Source of the DNA: Penicillus capitatus
Taxonomy: Eukaryota; Plantae; Chlorophyta
NCBI GenBank assembly: GCA_965649825.1
Contig: OZ287695.1
Location: 496,001 to 560,000, forward strand
Direction of reading: 5' to 3'
DNA: 64,000 nt
Of the stretch, positions 48,530-61,226 are shown piece by piece. Each line of letters starts with the position of its first letter. Within the stretch, counting starts at the first letter, position 1. The position numbers and the translations under genes were made by a program. The notes under the pieces are model-generated. The model was not told the origin of the DNA and did not search any database. It saw only the letters and a list, made by a program, of their open reading frames with translations.

Positions 48530-50061
48530 GTCGACATTGGTTCTCATCCCTGTGGACGGTCCTCCGGAAATTCTCCCGACAGGAACGCGTCCCGTCGATG
48601 TCTTTCAACAAGTGCGTCGTCGTTTGCCACTCCTCCCCCCGACGCTGCTCTCCAGGTTCCTCTGCTCTGTCACCAGCTATCTGAGGCCACCACTATGTTC
48701 TGGATGCACTCCGCCTACCACTACCAACAGGCACGTTCCCGATAGACGGCATTGACACGGAGCGACGGTGGTGTGCCACAGTTGAACGAGTACGGTACTC
48801 GTGTGGCAGGCTATGCCGTTCTTGGCGACATCTGTCTCGTACACAACAAGACACTGTCTGACGTTGGACTCGAAGCCTTTCTGCGCCGCTTTCAACGCTT
48901 CTCCAAAATCGACGCCTACGTTCAAAACCGTACCATGCAGCGCGATCTCGCCGACCGAAAAGTGCGCCGCCACTCGTGCAACACTGTGAGGTTAAAGATG
49001 GACTGCAGGCGGTGCGTCATATCTCCCAAATCGATACAGGTTGTGCCAAGGATGTTGTTCCTTTAAGCAAACGTGTCGATGTCGAAGAACGCGAAAAGTT
49101 GCTGTCCACCTTAAAGAGTCGTCAAAGTGGCGGATGTACCTTGGGCTGCTGTGCCTTGGCTAACCGTTGTCGTGCGTCTGCTCCTGCTCCTGCGCCCCGT
49201 GCGGATGATCAGAAAGGCTGGGCTTCGCTGCCAAAAGATCTCATGGCCGCTGTCCTGCGCCATGTCTCGTCTGGCAGTGATGTGATTGCTCTCTCTGGGG
49301 TCTGTTCGCCATGGCGCAGAGCGACTCTGGAGGCGAAGGAATGTTTGATACAGGCGTCCTTCTCACTAGATCCACTACGTCCTTTCTCCGAGAGTCAACA
49401 GCGGTTTCATTCCATATACGCTGAGCTGATGCCAGCCGTCTTTTGCAAGGTAGCTACTAACCGTAAGACGTTTAAGTGTTAGAAAGAGTGAGATCCAATT
49501 GATCAGCAGATTAACAGGCTGCGGCATGTTCTGTCCATGGACCTTGTTTGCTGTGCTCTTCGTTTTATGCGTCGGCATTTGGGTATGCAGGCTATGAAAG
49601 CGGACAATCTCACCGCGCTGCGCAGCTATGGAATGCTGTTGGATGAGGCGGATCTAGGACAACGAAGCGTCAAAACATGGAAGAGACTGTATCGCCTAGG
49701 TGATGTCTATGGCTGCTGGAAGATCGGAGAGATCCTCTACGAGGGACGCGATTACATGCCCATGGATCAGCCAGAAGCTTACCACGCACTCTCCCGCGCC
49801 GCCAAGAAGGTAAGGCACCTTAGGCGCCATCCGTGCTTCGATGGCGCATCTCAGGCCAAAGCACTGCCGGATGGACGCGTGAAGAGTCAGATCTTGGGAA
49901 AGGTCGGCATCTATTTGGGATACTGTTTCCTCGACGGCGATGCCGGACAAAAAGAAGACAACGAGACAGCCGTCGAGTGGTTCCGTCTAGCAGCAGCTCA
50001 CGGAAACGAAGATGCCCAGCGTGTCTGTGGATGGATATTCAACACTGGAATGTATGGATAG
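48528..50061 (+). CDS. F-box protein with Sel1-like repeats and an uncharacterised N-terminal domain
   Basis: WASLPKDLMAAVLRHV..LSGVCSPWRRA (F-box); LGYCFLDG..DNETAVEWFRLAAAHGNEDAQ (Sel1); N-terminal exons 48528-48611, 48656-48730 and from 48782. Confidence 0.8.
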
Positions 50062-50426
50062 CCCGATCGAGAGAGCGGTAAGAGAATCTCCGAAAGAGCT
50101 CAAGAGTCGTCATTCCGTCCACATGCTTTTTTATCTTTTCGTCGAATGGAATAGGAGTGTACAAAGAAAAGCCTTGGGCAGATGCCTGATAGAGTCTCTG
50201 GACTCGAGGCGGCTGACACAACAACAATACCCACACACATTAAACAACATCCTCTGCATCGTGGCACCGACGCAGGCGTCAAGCATTTAGCTCTGTTTCG
50301 GCAGAGATACCGTAAAGCAACAGTCCTAAGCACGATTCCTCTACTCTGGCATACAGATTTCGTCTGACGGATCAAATTCCTATCGTTGGTCCTATTCGAA
50401 AGAATTCTAATCGATCAGCAATCGGT

Positions 50427-51449
50427 TTATCGGGTAGTCAAGCGTTGGTAAGGGGGTTCTACGAAATGTTCATCAGATGGATTGCGGTGGGAAGAACGAA
50501 TCATGAGGTAAAAAGGATATGGTAGAATAACAATCATCCAAAAGGGCAGTACACACATAACGGCAACCGTACCACCATAGAGAGTGACCACACTCATGAT
50601 GATCATCGTGATCAGCAGACTGAGCGGGAAATAGTGATTCTGTCGCGCAGAGTGCAGCGAAGCCACGACAAGAACGATCAAAAAGACGACGCCTGAAAAG
50701 TAGCCAACCGTCAGAGCCAGGCCAAGATCACACCACCCAGCTGGATGCTGGTCACAGCGCTGCAGCCTTCTGGTGACGCAATACCATTCTGCACAGTATT
50801 CCCCTGCACGGAAGGTGCAGCGGCAGAGAGATTCGCCGACGTCTTTTCTAGATCTGATGGTGCCATTCCAACGTGAACAGAATCCACCCGCGTCTGCATC
50901 GTCGCAGTGGTAGGTCTCTCTATAATCTCTGCCCTCTTCCCAGTTGCTGCAGTTCCATGTTTGGCAGGAGGTGTTGTCATTGGACCAGCTGCTGCAGGAA
51001 CAGGGTGTCATCGCATTTTCCTGGCGGGTGGCATTCCTCCCGTTGCTGTTGGGCACGGACTCTGTTCTTGAGCACGACCAAGACTTGCAACACGTGCTTG
51101 CATGATTCGGCAGGCAGCTGCATGACTCGTTCACTTCATTATCGCCGCTGGCGGCTGTAAGAGTCCATGAATGGCAGCAGCGGTCTGCGTCGTGGCTCTG
51201 GCAGTTGTAGATTTTGAGGTCCTCGCTTGTTCGGCGTCTGTACAAGCCGCCTTGGTATCTGCCACTCTCTGAAAAATAACCGGCTTCGATGCGTAATCTC
51301 TTCCATGCAGTCAAGCGTTCTCTCAACCCTGTCGACGTCGGTGCCGTTGCAGGTTCTGTGCTATCGGCAACGGTCGCGAACGCGAGAGTGGCAAAGGCCA
51401 CTGCAAATAGAAATACGTTGGCGGCTGAGTAAACGGGAAAAGGGTCCAT
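50427..51449 (-). CDS. Intronless membrane protein: signal peptide, Cys/Trp-repeat ectodomain, 2-3 C-terminal TM helices
   Basis: Hydrophobic N-terminus from ATG 51449; repeated C-x-x-W-x-C units; hydrophobic C-terminal segments. Confidence 0.75.
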   Translation of the reverse strand: MDPFPVYSAANVFLFAVAFATLAFATVADSTEPATAPTSTGLRERLTAWKRLRIEAGYFSESGRYQGGLYRRRTSEDLKIYNCQSHDADRCCHSWTLTAASGDNEVNESCSCLPNHASTCCKSWSCSRTESVPNSNGRNATRQENAMTPCSCSSWSNDNTSCQTWNCSNWEEGRDYRETYHCDDADAGGFCSRWNGTIRSRKDVGESLCRCTFRAGEYCAEWYCVTRRLQRCDQHPAGWCDLGLALTVGYFSGVVFLIVLVVASLHSARQNHYFPLSLLITMIIMSVVTLYGGTVAVMCVLPFWMIVILPYPFYLMIRSSHRNPSDEHFVEPPYQRLTTR

Positions 51450-52426
51450 GGCGCAACTGAGTTCTTTTTTGCCGAACAGAATATTCAAGGTTTCGGAAGG
51501 GTGAGAAGACGTCTGTCGATGCCGCTCTCTTAGCAATAAATTCTGGGCAGTACAGCGAGACGCGTGGTGCGGTTAGTTCGCAACGAGGGGGGAATGGCCA
51601 CGGCTTTGAGCGTTTCTTCGACTGTCAGACGGTCGCCATCGATGCTGCGAAGTTCCTCGTTCAGAATGCGTCGTCTTGAATGACATCTGCGACATCGCCG
51701 ACGGCTTGGCCGTCATCCGCATTGCAGCTCCTGTCTGTGTCGTACACTTTTTCGCTGGCTTAATGCTGAACGTCTTTTGCCACGAGGCTCCTGGAGGGAA
51801 GCGTCCAAGTCGAGGGCCGGCGATGGAGGATCTCAAAGAGCGGGACATGACTGGAAAGCGCAAGCACGCTTTGTTTGCTTCGCAATGGCCTGTCTGTGAG
51901 AATGGACGACTCTTCTGAGGCTACCTGCTTCGCCCCATTTAACGTGATTTCTCACTATCTGATAGGATCTCTGGGAAGAGGACGTTTTTGATCAAGACAG
52001 GACGGTATGGACGTCGATTCTTAGGAGAACGACGTCTCTGTTATGGTTCTGTCCACATTCGATGCTGACTGGTCGTGAACAAGCCTTCCCCTCTCGTCGT
52101 TTGGCAGAGGTCTCAAACGAGACAGTTTTCACTCTCTCGGAGTTAATCTTTCTGAAGAAAGCCTCTCCAAGCGAGGCAGGTGATCCAAACGCTGGTTGCG
52201 AATGATGGATGATGATTTTTCGACGTTCTTTTCCTGACTAATCAAAGGATGCACGGGTGTCGATTCGTGGAGGCGTAAGGGTTCTATCTTTTGCATTTAC
52301 GTCATCTGTCGTCGTTAGTTGACTGACGCAAAGGGTTCTAATGAGCGCGTGTCTAACGGAGTCCTTTTCTCGGTTTCTCGGTCATAGCGTTCGTATGGTG
52401 TGAAACTCTTCTCTCGAAGCATCTGA

Positions 52427-54025
52427 ATGAAAGGCAACCCAGAAACAATGGACGTCGAGTCGAACAGCTTCAACAGGGGTGACGTTGTCTGGCGGCGCGA
52501 CAAAACGTTGAGATGGTCGTGTGCGTGTGGAGGTTACTGAATGGTCGTTTCGTCCAACGGCTGTCGGCGTCGTCGGTTCCTTCGTCGTCGCTATCATCGC
52601 ATTGGGGATCGGTATCGCTGCATTCAAAGAGGTGGACGACAACGACACGTCAGTAACAGACTACAGCGGCACCGTCGCCACTGTTCACTCCCAAACGAAT
52701 GAGATCGCGGAAGGAGCAAGACCTCCCAATGCCAACCGACCGTTGCCAGGGAGTGAAGACGACGATGGCTACCATCCCATCTCGGACAACAGATTTACAC
52801 AGCACCTGGACGTGGCTGTTCGCAATCACGTCTCACGGCAGCATTCTACTTGACTGCAGAAAAGCATTGAGGATTCCTCTCGGCTTTTCAAGTGCCTTTT
52901 ACTGTCTGTCTATTTGTCCATGTCTGACGTTATGCTGTAGTCTAGACGTCTCATACTTTGATCCTGAAGGGCCCGATTTATTAGCCGATCGTGAAGCCAT
53001 TGCGGAGCACATCTTGAATTCGCGCCGTTCTCTGAAAAACGCCCTTGCTGTCTCGTTTAAGGAACATTCTGCCGATTTGGTCCGAGTCTTGAATGAAGCC
53101 GCCGATGACATGTCTGTGCTGTCTTTGCTGCTGGATCACAAAGTATATGAGGAAAGCAGCGTTAATACCTTTGCCAATCTGGGCTTTGCCGATGAGTTAG
53201 TTGGGAGACTGGCTGGAGAACGATTCCGCGATGCGGGCATTCAACGTGCCCTGTGTCTGAAGAACGATCAGGACAACTTTGGCGAAACGCCCTCCTGCCG
53301 GGCGTTCGAGAGCGCGCTGCAGCCAGAGGTGAACATCTCAAGTACTGTTGATGCATCGGTGAAGCACATGGTGTCCTGGATCAATTTTCTCACGCTACGA
53401 TCATGTCACAGGATCCAGAGCTAATGCGAAGACGCGTGGAAAGCGCCGTCAAAGAGGACGAAGTGAAAGGGATCTTAACGATCAGTGCTGAAGGTTATGC
53501 AGCAGCCTATGAGTACTTAGACGACAACGGACTCCTTTGCACAAGACAACGTAACATCAACAACTCTGACTGCGTTCTGTTGGCGACATTTGACGCGACG
53601 GATGAGACACTCCAAGTGCGTCGATTGTTGTCCATGGCACATGGATGCACTAGAGGTGTTCAGGGCATCGAGGATGGACACGTTTCCTTTGCGATGGATA
53701 ACCAGCATACCTGCAGGGCTTTATGACCATTGTGTTTCTCAGAATCCGCGCCAGCTATCGTTACATTCCTGGCGTCGGATGATCTGTCTTGACAGGTAGG
53801 AGGGGACCGGAGAGAGTGTCATAGAGTGTGATGCTGTATAAAGGTCCCGTCATCATCAGTGATGCAGACGAGGCCAATCGTCGATTGAGAGGAGATCTGA
53901 TGGGCGGCAAGACGATCGATAATCGCGAGGCGAAAGACATCGACGTGCGCTTCATCGTCCACGGCAAAGTATCTGATCCTTTCTGGACAGAAGTGAAGAA
54001 CGGCAGCAACAACCTTGAATGGTAA
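52427..54025 (+). CDS. Membrane-anchored type-1 periplasmic-binding-protein (sugar ABC SBP-like) domain protein, possibly truncated
   Basis: TM VGVVGSFVVAIIALGIGIAAF; NLGFADELVGRLAG..ALCL..CRAFESAL; ATFD; FAMDNQ. A second domain begins FIVHGKVSDPFWTEVKNG and then stops. Several introns. Confidence 0.6.
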
Positions 54026-56454
54026 ACCTCGGTAAGGTTATTCCTTTAGCAATCTGTTCTTCTCCAACACATATAGGTTTTTAATGGCTCTTTGAGGGAA
54101 TAACACAGATAGACATTCAGATGTCGGAGTGAAAAAGATCTCTTATGAGTTCTCCCGTCATTCTTCGTCTAAATCGGTAGTTAGTCTTCTTCGCTGTCTA
54201 TCCAGAACGCTAAAGAATACAACTCCTGCGTGGTCTTTCATCCTGTCGGACACACTCTTACTCTAAGTTTCCTCAGCTGCATCTAAAGCATTATCTTGAC
54301 ATCGGTGCAGATGGATTTTGTATCTAAAGAACTCATACGCTCGCTGCCACTGAGATCGCCGTTCTGGGGCTCTTATAAAGTTATGCAATTGACGGATACG
54401 ATCGTTGGCCGACTTTGAGTGAAGAAGACACTTCATCATTCCATGCTTCACATATCTAATCGCCTATCGACAAGTCTTCATCACATTTGCCAATGGCAGC
54501 TTGTATTCTCTTTAGTGCGTTATTATATTCTTCTCCCTTCTTTGATTTCTGATGCCCTTGTGTTACGACGGATCTCGGTTAAGCACACCGACCGATCCAA
54601 AGATGTAGCCTCGTCTTAACGCTAAGTATGACCCACCCATCTAAGCGTGAAGCCCGTTGTACCTAGTAAGAGCTTCATCAGAGGTGTGTCTTTGCGTCTG
54701 ACTTATGACCTCTGAAACAGCTGTCGTTTCTCTCTGCCTTCACCTTTGGTTACTGTGCGTCGTTTACTACAGGCTCGGACCTGTCATCTATGCCGTTCGT
54801 TGCTGCGATAATGTTGTCTGCAACGTTAGCGGTCTATTCCACTTAACAGTCAGTCACTTATCTACATGAAAACCATACCTGGTGTGCAATATGTACTTCG
54901 CACTTGCCTTGCTCTCTCCAGTCTTCTATTGAGCTCATCTGTGCTCAAGTTGTCTTGCTCCGGAAGATCAGTTGCTTTCATACAAACTACAGAATGGTGT
55001 TGTCGGTCGATGGCAAAAAGATTCAATGGCAAACTGCGGCGAGAAACGTATGAATGTCCGGGAGTTTTCTCAGTACCTCTAAAGGCCCCTTATAACCCGT
55101 GGGAAATCAAGTAAAACTCTTCATCTAGTAAGGTTCCAAGCTGCAGACGAAGCTGTTATGCACGGTGAACTTTTACAAGAAACTTTGATAACGAATTTCA
55201 AAGATGGAACAGCTCCAAGCCTGGCATGTCAAAGCGTATTAATTGTTAAATCAACAGATGTGCTTATTACTTTAAACACGAGATGTCTGGAATGAACAAT
55301 CAAGAGTGTAAAAGTTTAAAGAAATCACAATAACTGAAGTTAGGACAATAGTCTTCTCTGAAAATGTTGCAAAGCACAAAGGTGGCATTGCCAGGTCTTT
55401 TGTGTAATCTCTACTCCACTTCGTAACGTCAACCATGTTATTTAACCAGATGGAGACAATAACAGCGCATTTGATTTGGATAGATTGGAAGAGATTCCCA
55501 ATCGCTTAATTGAATCAATCTTGTGGCACTTCCATTTGATATATTGAGCAACCAGTTTTTTGGAAGATCACACTCAGACGATTAAAATCGAAGGACAGCA
55601 AAAGATAGATACTCTAGGTGGATGTTCACAAGGATACATACTATTTATCACTTGGTCTCTTTCTAAAAACAATCAAACCGATGTTAGCTACACCTTGCAA
55701 ATGCAAGCAGAGTTTGGAACGTTGTCATTTTCAAGGTTTTGCAGAGGGTCGTGGCATCGGATTCGTGTTTGTGCTTCCGGTGCCCTTTTTTAGTCGAATG
55801 TCTCAAGCATCCCGAACGTGTGGAACAAACGTTCACGGTAATTGCCATGCTGAAGATGATGCACCCGCTAACGGAAGGATCAACAGAAAGGTTAAATAAC
55901 TCTTAGAAGCCGGATTGCTGAACTGTGTCCTTTGCGCGAGCTTTTAAGAAAATGGCTTATCGACAACGGGTTACGGATTGGACAGGTTTGTGACGCCTTA
56001 AATCGTATGATCCTACCTCTCATAGACAAGCGGTACTCCACCGCCATTTTCGCTATCTTGTGTTCTTAGGGAACGACGGGGGAAGTAATGATGAAAGCGA
56101 TATGAAAGTATCCATGTCAGCCGAAGACGATGATCTAATCGTGTTTCAATCGTGCATGGTTCAAAGCTTTGCGTGCCTTGACCAATGGGACATGTTCAAT
56201 ATAAACTACCTTGCACTGAAGGCGCTTGAGTACTACGAGAGACAGGAAGGACCCTATAGATCCAACAGTCGGCAGATCTAGAAGGCCCTACGACGCAATA
56301 TCGTCAGGAATATGTGCGCGAGTACGAGCGAACGGGGGTTCTTGTAGGAACAGCGTGGCGATATGACAGTTAAGGAAAAGCTACCGTCCGTTTACAGGGT
56401 GGACATCCCTGATCCTGTTCATGCTGTAATAGTGGACACACGAAGGCGACCGGT

Positions 56455-56965
56455 TCACATCTGCGTCTGCATCTTGCACTGCTGAAGCACGTCGAAGTAG
56501 AATTGGCAGGCGGCGATGTCTCCGTTGTTCGCCGAGACACAGTCGGCGAAGGCCTTGGACTGGTGGTGACAGGCGTCGACGGACTGGGACGCAGCAGGGG
56601 CAGCAGCCTCCTGCGGAACGGCCTCTCCGCGGCCACCCATGAGGCCGTCGACGGCGCGGTGGGCGAATGCGCTTCCGGTTCCCAGAGCGGCTCCCTGCAT
56701 CATGGTTCCGGCCAGGCCTGAGAAGAGACCTCCTCCCTGGCTCTGCTGTGGAGGTGGAGCGCCTGGAACACAAAGGATGTTAAGGGAGAGGGTTTGGACA
56801 GACGGTGGTCGTCGGTCTTACGTGCAGTGGGTGTCGGTGGCGGTGACTTGGAAGCGCTGCTCGAGAAACCTCGTCGTCCGGATGGACGCGAACCTCCTAA
56901 GCACGCGAACTCGCCTTGTCGACTTTGACGCCGCTCAGCGAGTCGTTACCGCGACGGCGTGCCAT
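56455..56965 (-). CDS. CHCHD2: Twin CX9C mitochondrial protein CHCHD2/10 (Mic17 family)
   Basis: GLAGTMMQGAALGTGSAFAHRAVDGLMG and CHHQSKAFADCVSANNGDIAACQFYFDVLQQC. Confidence 0.93.
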
Positions 56966-57380
56966 GTTGTTGAGTCGATTGAGGAAGAACTCTGTGAAGC
57001 CGAGAATAACAAACGATTGCGTCAATGACACCGATGATGCAAGTATTCCCGTAGGATGCGTACCCATTTAACTGTTCTTTTTTGCGGACGTCATCACATG
57101 ACGCTCACCTTGACATCGACACGACGAAAATCCCCTTCCTAAGTGCTGTCAGTCGTCATCGAGCTTCGACACCGTTTTCTCCCTCTGTACTCAAATCCAT
57201 CCACCTTTTATAATGATGAAGACGAAGGCGTCATTCAGTTAACACGCGTCCATGCAAAGCACAGAACATGTAAGGTCTGCCTGTCGGTGGGAGTTGCATT
57301 CAAGCTCTTGAATGCAACAGCGTCCCATGTCCGTGTCACTTCTGCGTCGTGCACAATTCGGTATCCCTAAGAAAAGGGTC

Positions 57381-58708
57381 TTAAACGATTTCAGAACATG
57401 CCGCATCCATTGATGTTTCTTCCCAGTGACGTAGATGCGTGTTCCACACACGGATCCATTCCCGACCGTTCACTTCTCCGCGCTCCACGAGAGGGACAAC
57501 GTCCATTTGGTCCTGAGGAACATTGGCTCTGCTATAGACATAGACGTCTTCCGCCTTCTGCACGCGTCCGTTCTCAATCTCCACCAGGCAGAAATGATGC
57601 GTCTGAGCTGGGGCGGATTGGCCTCGAGATCCAACGGGCGTCAGTCGACGAACGACGGCGCAGTTGAGAAACAACGTCTCGCGCGTCGCATCGTAAACAA
57701 CCCTTCGCCGGTACTCTTGTGCCCTCCCTGCACCACACCGATCATCTCCACTCCGGCGTGGCATCTCACAGACCGTCGAACCGACGGATCTTGTGATGCA
57801 TGTGACCGAAAGTCACAAGAACAGGTGATCGATCGTGTTCTTTTAGGCGCAGAAGGGCCATCTCCAGATCCTCGTCTCCGTGATCTCCCTCCTCCGGAAG
57901 AAAATCCACTCCGCAGATGTCATAACGTTTATCTCCTGAGGGCATCTCTTGCATGAAGGAAAGGACTTCAGCGTGACGGCGTGCCTAGTCCAGTCGGTCC
58001 GTTGTGGGCCACAATGACGACGGCGTTGCCAGGGGGCGCTGAAAGCGCCGTCTCTGCGATGACCTCTGCGTACTGATCCACTCCTTCGTATCCGTAGAGG
58101 TTACGCACAATGGCCGGATGTCTGTTCTTTCCTCCCTAGACAGCCACAGGGCGAGTCCGTTTCCGCAGGCGGATATCAGCAAACGAACGCTCGTGAAGGG
58201 TCGAGCGCCGACGATGGAGACGGGCTTCCCAGGCAGCGAGCGCATACGGAATCCGATGTGATCGTCGCCCAGAGCGTCGAGCTGGCGATTCACTTGGTCG
58301 ATATGCTGCGTGCGATCCAGTGTTGCCCGAATCATGGGATCCGGCGTATGCCTGATGAAGCACGACGGATCGATCTCGCACCAGTAAGAGTGAGGTCGTA
58401 CCAGGCGTCGTGGTTTCCCAGAATCACGAGCTTCGGAATGTCCATCGTCGCGATGGCTTCCACCGTCTTGAAGGCTTCGTTTCCGATGTCGCCCACGAAC
58501 AGGGTCATGTCCGGATGCAGTGCTCTGAGAATAGCGGCGTCGGCATCCGACCATTGCTTCACTCGGCCATCGTGCACGTCGCCGACCACTACCAACCGCG
58601 TCACTACACGCGACACGCGTCAGTCTCTGTGACGCTCCACTTATGACTGCCTGAGTTTAGCGGAGGTGGAGGGAGAGGACGTCGCAAGCAGCCGAGAAGG
58701 GCATTCAT
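57381..58708 (-). CDS. Calcineurin-like metallophosphoesterase, TIGR04168-like
   Basis: VVGDVH, LFVGDIGNE, ILGNHDAWY, VTFGHMHH, FLNCAVVRR; multi-exon; start exon inferred. Confidence 0.85.
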
Positions 58709-58744
58709 CTAGACGTCGATAGGTACGACGTGTCGCTCTCCGAT

Positions 58745-60861
58745 ATGCGTTGCCGCATCGTTTCCACACGTCTCGCCACGCGACCCGTCCACGCCGGGCG
58801 TCGCTCATGCGTCGCTCTGTCTCGAGCCATTCCTGTCCGTCGACGCCTTGCGACGCGCCTCTGGACGACGCGGCACTTCGGTCGTCTCTACGCCGAAGCG
58901 GACAAGGATTTGACGTCTCCCCGATTCGCAAACATTCACGACTCGACGCAAGAGGAAGACGACACGGACGATGACGGCAGCCTGTGCGCCGCCAGCGCCC
59001 TCGACAGTGCGAATCCTTGCATCGACCCCACTTTCGGCGGCCCCGATTCGCTCCTGATCAAGACACTCCGCAAATGCCTTAAAAAGAGGTACGAGGCCGC
59101 ACTCCCATGTCCTGACTGTTCATTGTAGCGCGTCTCTAGGGACAGTCCGTTTGTAGAGGACAGTGTCCGAGGCGGCGCCTTTGGTACGGCAGACGCATTG
59201 GAATTACGATCTCCGAATAGGAAAAGTGTGATTTTTAGTGGACGATGGAGATATGATCAATCTTCACAGTGTCCGCTTTGGCAGTCGGGAATCTGTGGGT
59301 AAGAATTGATCGCATCGTCCCTGACGCGCAACGCTGTCCTTTAGGCAGCGAGTGTGGACATGGCATCGCCGACGTGTCAATGGAAGACGACGTCTGCCTG
59401 TCCCTGCCCACCTACGCCGTGCGTTCCGGTCCCCGTCGTCAGATCTACTTCGATCCCAAGACGGTCTCGGCGGCGGTGGTGACCTGCGGCGGACTGTGCC
59501 CTGGACTCAATGACGTCGTCCAGGCGATTGTGACGACACTCAATGACTACGGCGTCCCTGAAGACAACGTTCTGGGTACCTTCCTTGCTGTTCTGTCCTT
59601 CCCATCAGCGAGTGCCGGTCAGGAATTCGTTACGGATTGAAGGGATTCTACAAAGGCGACTGTCGCCCCATTGCTTTGAAGCCAGAGCTGGTGGACGGCA
59701 TCCACTTGAAGGGAGGGACGGTGTTGGGGACGTCGCGTGGAGGTGCCGATATCTGTCGCATCGTGCGGCGCATCGATCTGTGGGGACTCAATATGTTGTT
59801 CGTCCTGGGCGGCAACGGAGGCAATGCCGCGGCCAATGCCATTCAGGAGGAGTGCGAACGACAGAATGTCTTGTGCTCCGTCATCGCTGTGCCAAAATCC
59901 ATCGACAACGACATCCTGATCGTGGACAAGTGCTTTGGATTCGATACGGCCGTCGAGGAGGCAGAACGCGCACTGCTCGCGGCGAAGGTCGAAGCGAAGA
60001 GTGCCAGAAAGGGTGAGCGGCATCGCAGCTTCCGAACAGCTTCTCGCATGTCGTGTCGAGCAGGCATCGGTTTGGTGAAGCTGATGGGACGGCAATCGGG
60101 TTTCATCGCCATGAAAGCGTCGATGTCTTCGGGTAACCGATCCTAACGACGGCGGCATTCCAGAGGCGGCACTGTAGGCGTGGTGGACGTGTGTCTGATT
60201 CCGGAGGTGCCCTTCTCTATCGAAAAGCTCTGCGACTACGTCGCCTCGGTGATCGCCAAGAAAGGACACTGCGTCATATGCGTTGCAGAAGGCACCTTCT
60301 CCCCAGCTTCCCCTCTCTCACTGATCCCATCTCTGCAGGGGCTGGTCAGGATATGATCGGGGTGTCCGGACAGAAAGATGCCTCCGGTAATCCGGTTCTG
60401 AACGAGATCGGCGACCTGCTGCGAGAGCAACTGAACACGTACTTCGAAGTAGGCAGACCGTCCATGCCATTCACTCCAACGCTCGGTTCTGCCTTGCTAG
60501 CACGACTGCGACATCAAGTACATCGATCCCACTTACATGATCCGCGCCATCCCGACCTGCAGCGGCGATCACGTCTACTGCAACATCTTGGGACAGGGAG
60601 CCGTTCATGCTGCCTTTGCCGGATTCACTGGTCTGTCCGCCTACAGTTCCTGCTGCTCGATGACGTGTAATCCTAGGCGTGACCGTCGGACTGGTCAACA
60701 CGAAATTTGCGCTGCTACCTATTCCGACCATCATCCAGGCCCCACGTCGCGTCGATCCAAACGGACAGTCGTGGAACAGGTGACAGACGCTATGTCTTCA
60801 AGTCACGTCATTACATCTCTCTAGGTTGAAGACTTCTATCTGTTTGCCTCAACTTGTCTAA
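58745..60861 (+). CDS. PFK: ATP-dependent 6-phosphofructokinase, plastid PFK5-like
   Basis: Transit-like N-terminus; [68 protein letters not shown]. Confidence 0.95.
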
Positions 60862-61226
60862 ACGGACGAGACACACAACAGCACGGACGTACAGATTCCC
60901 CAATTTCCTTGGAACGCTCCAGTTGTCAAAGAAACGCTCCGTTTAAGTTCATAATCCTTAGTGCTTTAAATGATCGCACTTATGGCATCTTATTGTTTTC
61001 TTGCGCGATAGATGTAAACACGAGTAAAGTCAGTAGATGAAAAAAGGCTGAACGAAGAAACAGACAAAGGAGAAGTCGCTATTCCTTCATTCCGTCATCA
61101 ATCCTCGGACTCATCAAATAACTCCGGAGTGAGGTCGAGCCAATCAATCATCAAAGTCAAAATCAAGAGATAATACGCACTTGTCACCCAACAGATTCCA
61201 ATCCACGTTGGGATTCGTTTATTTTC

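Noticed and set aside
54030-56340. hAT transposase remnant (RIRQLHNFIRAPERR) or decayed F-box-like gene
   Set aside because: The downstream hAT motifs (DxxTRWNS) and TIRs are missing, and the frames are too broken to call.
59800-59830. GGNGG instead of GGDGT in PFK as an inactivating change
   Set aside because: Asn at this position is typical of the plant PFK5-type clade.
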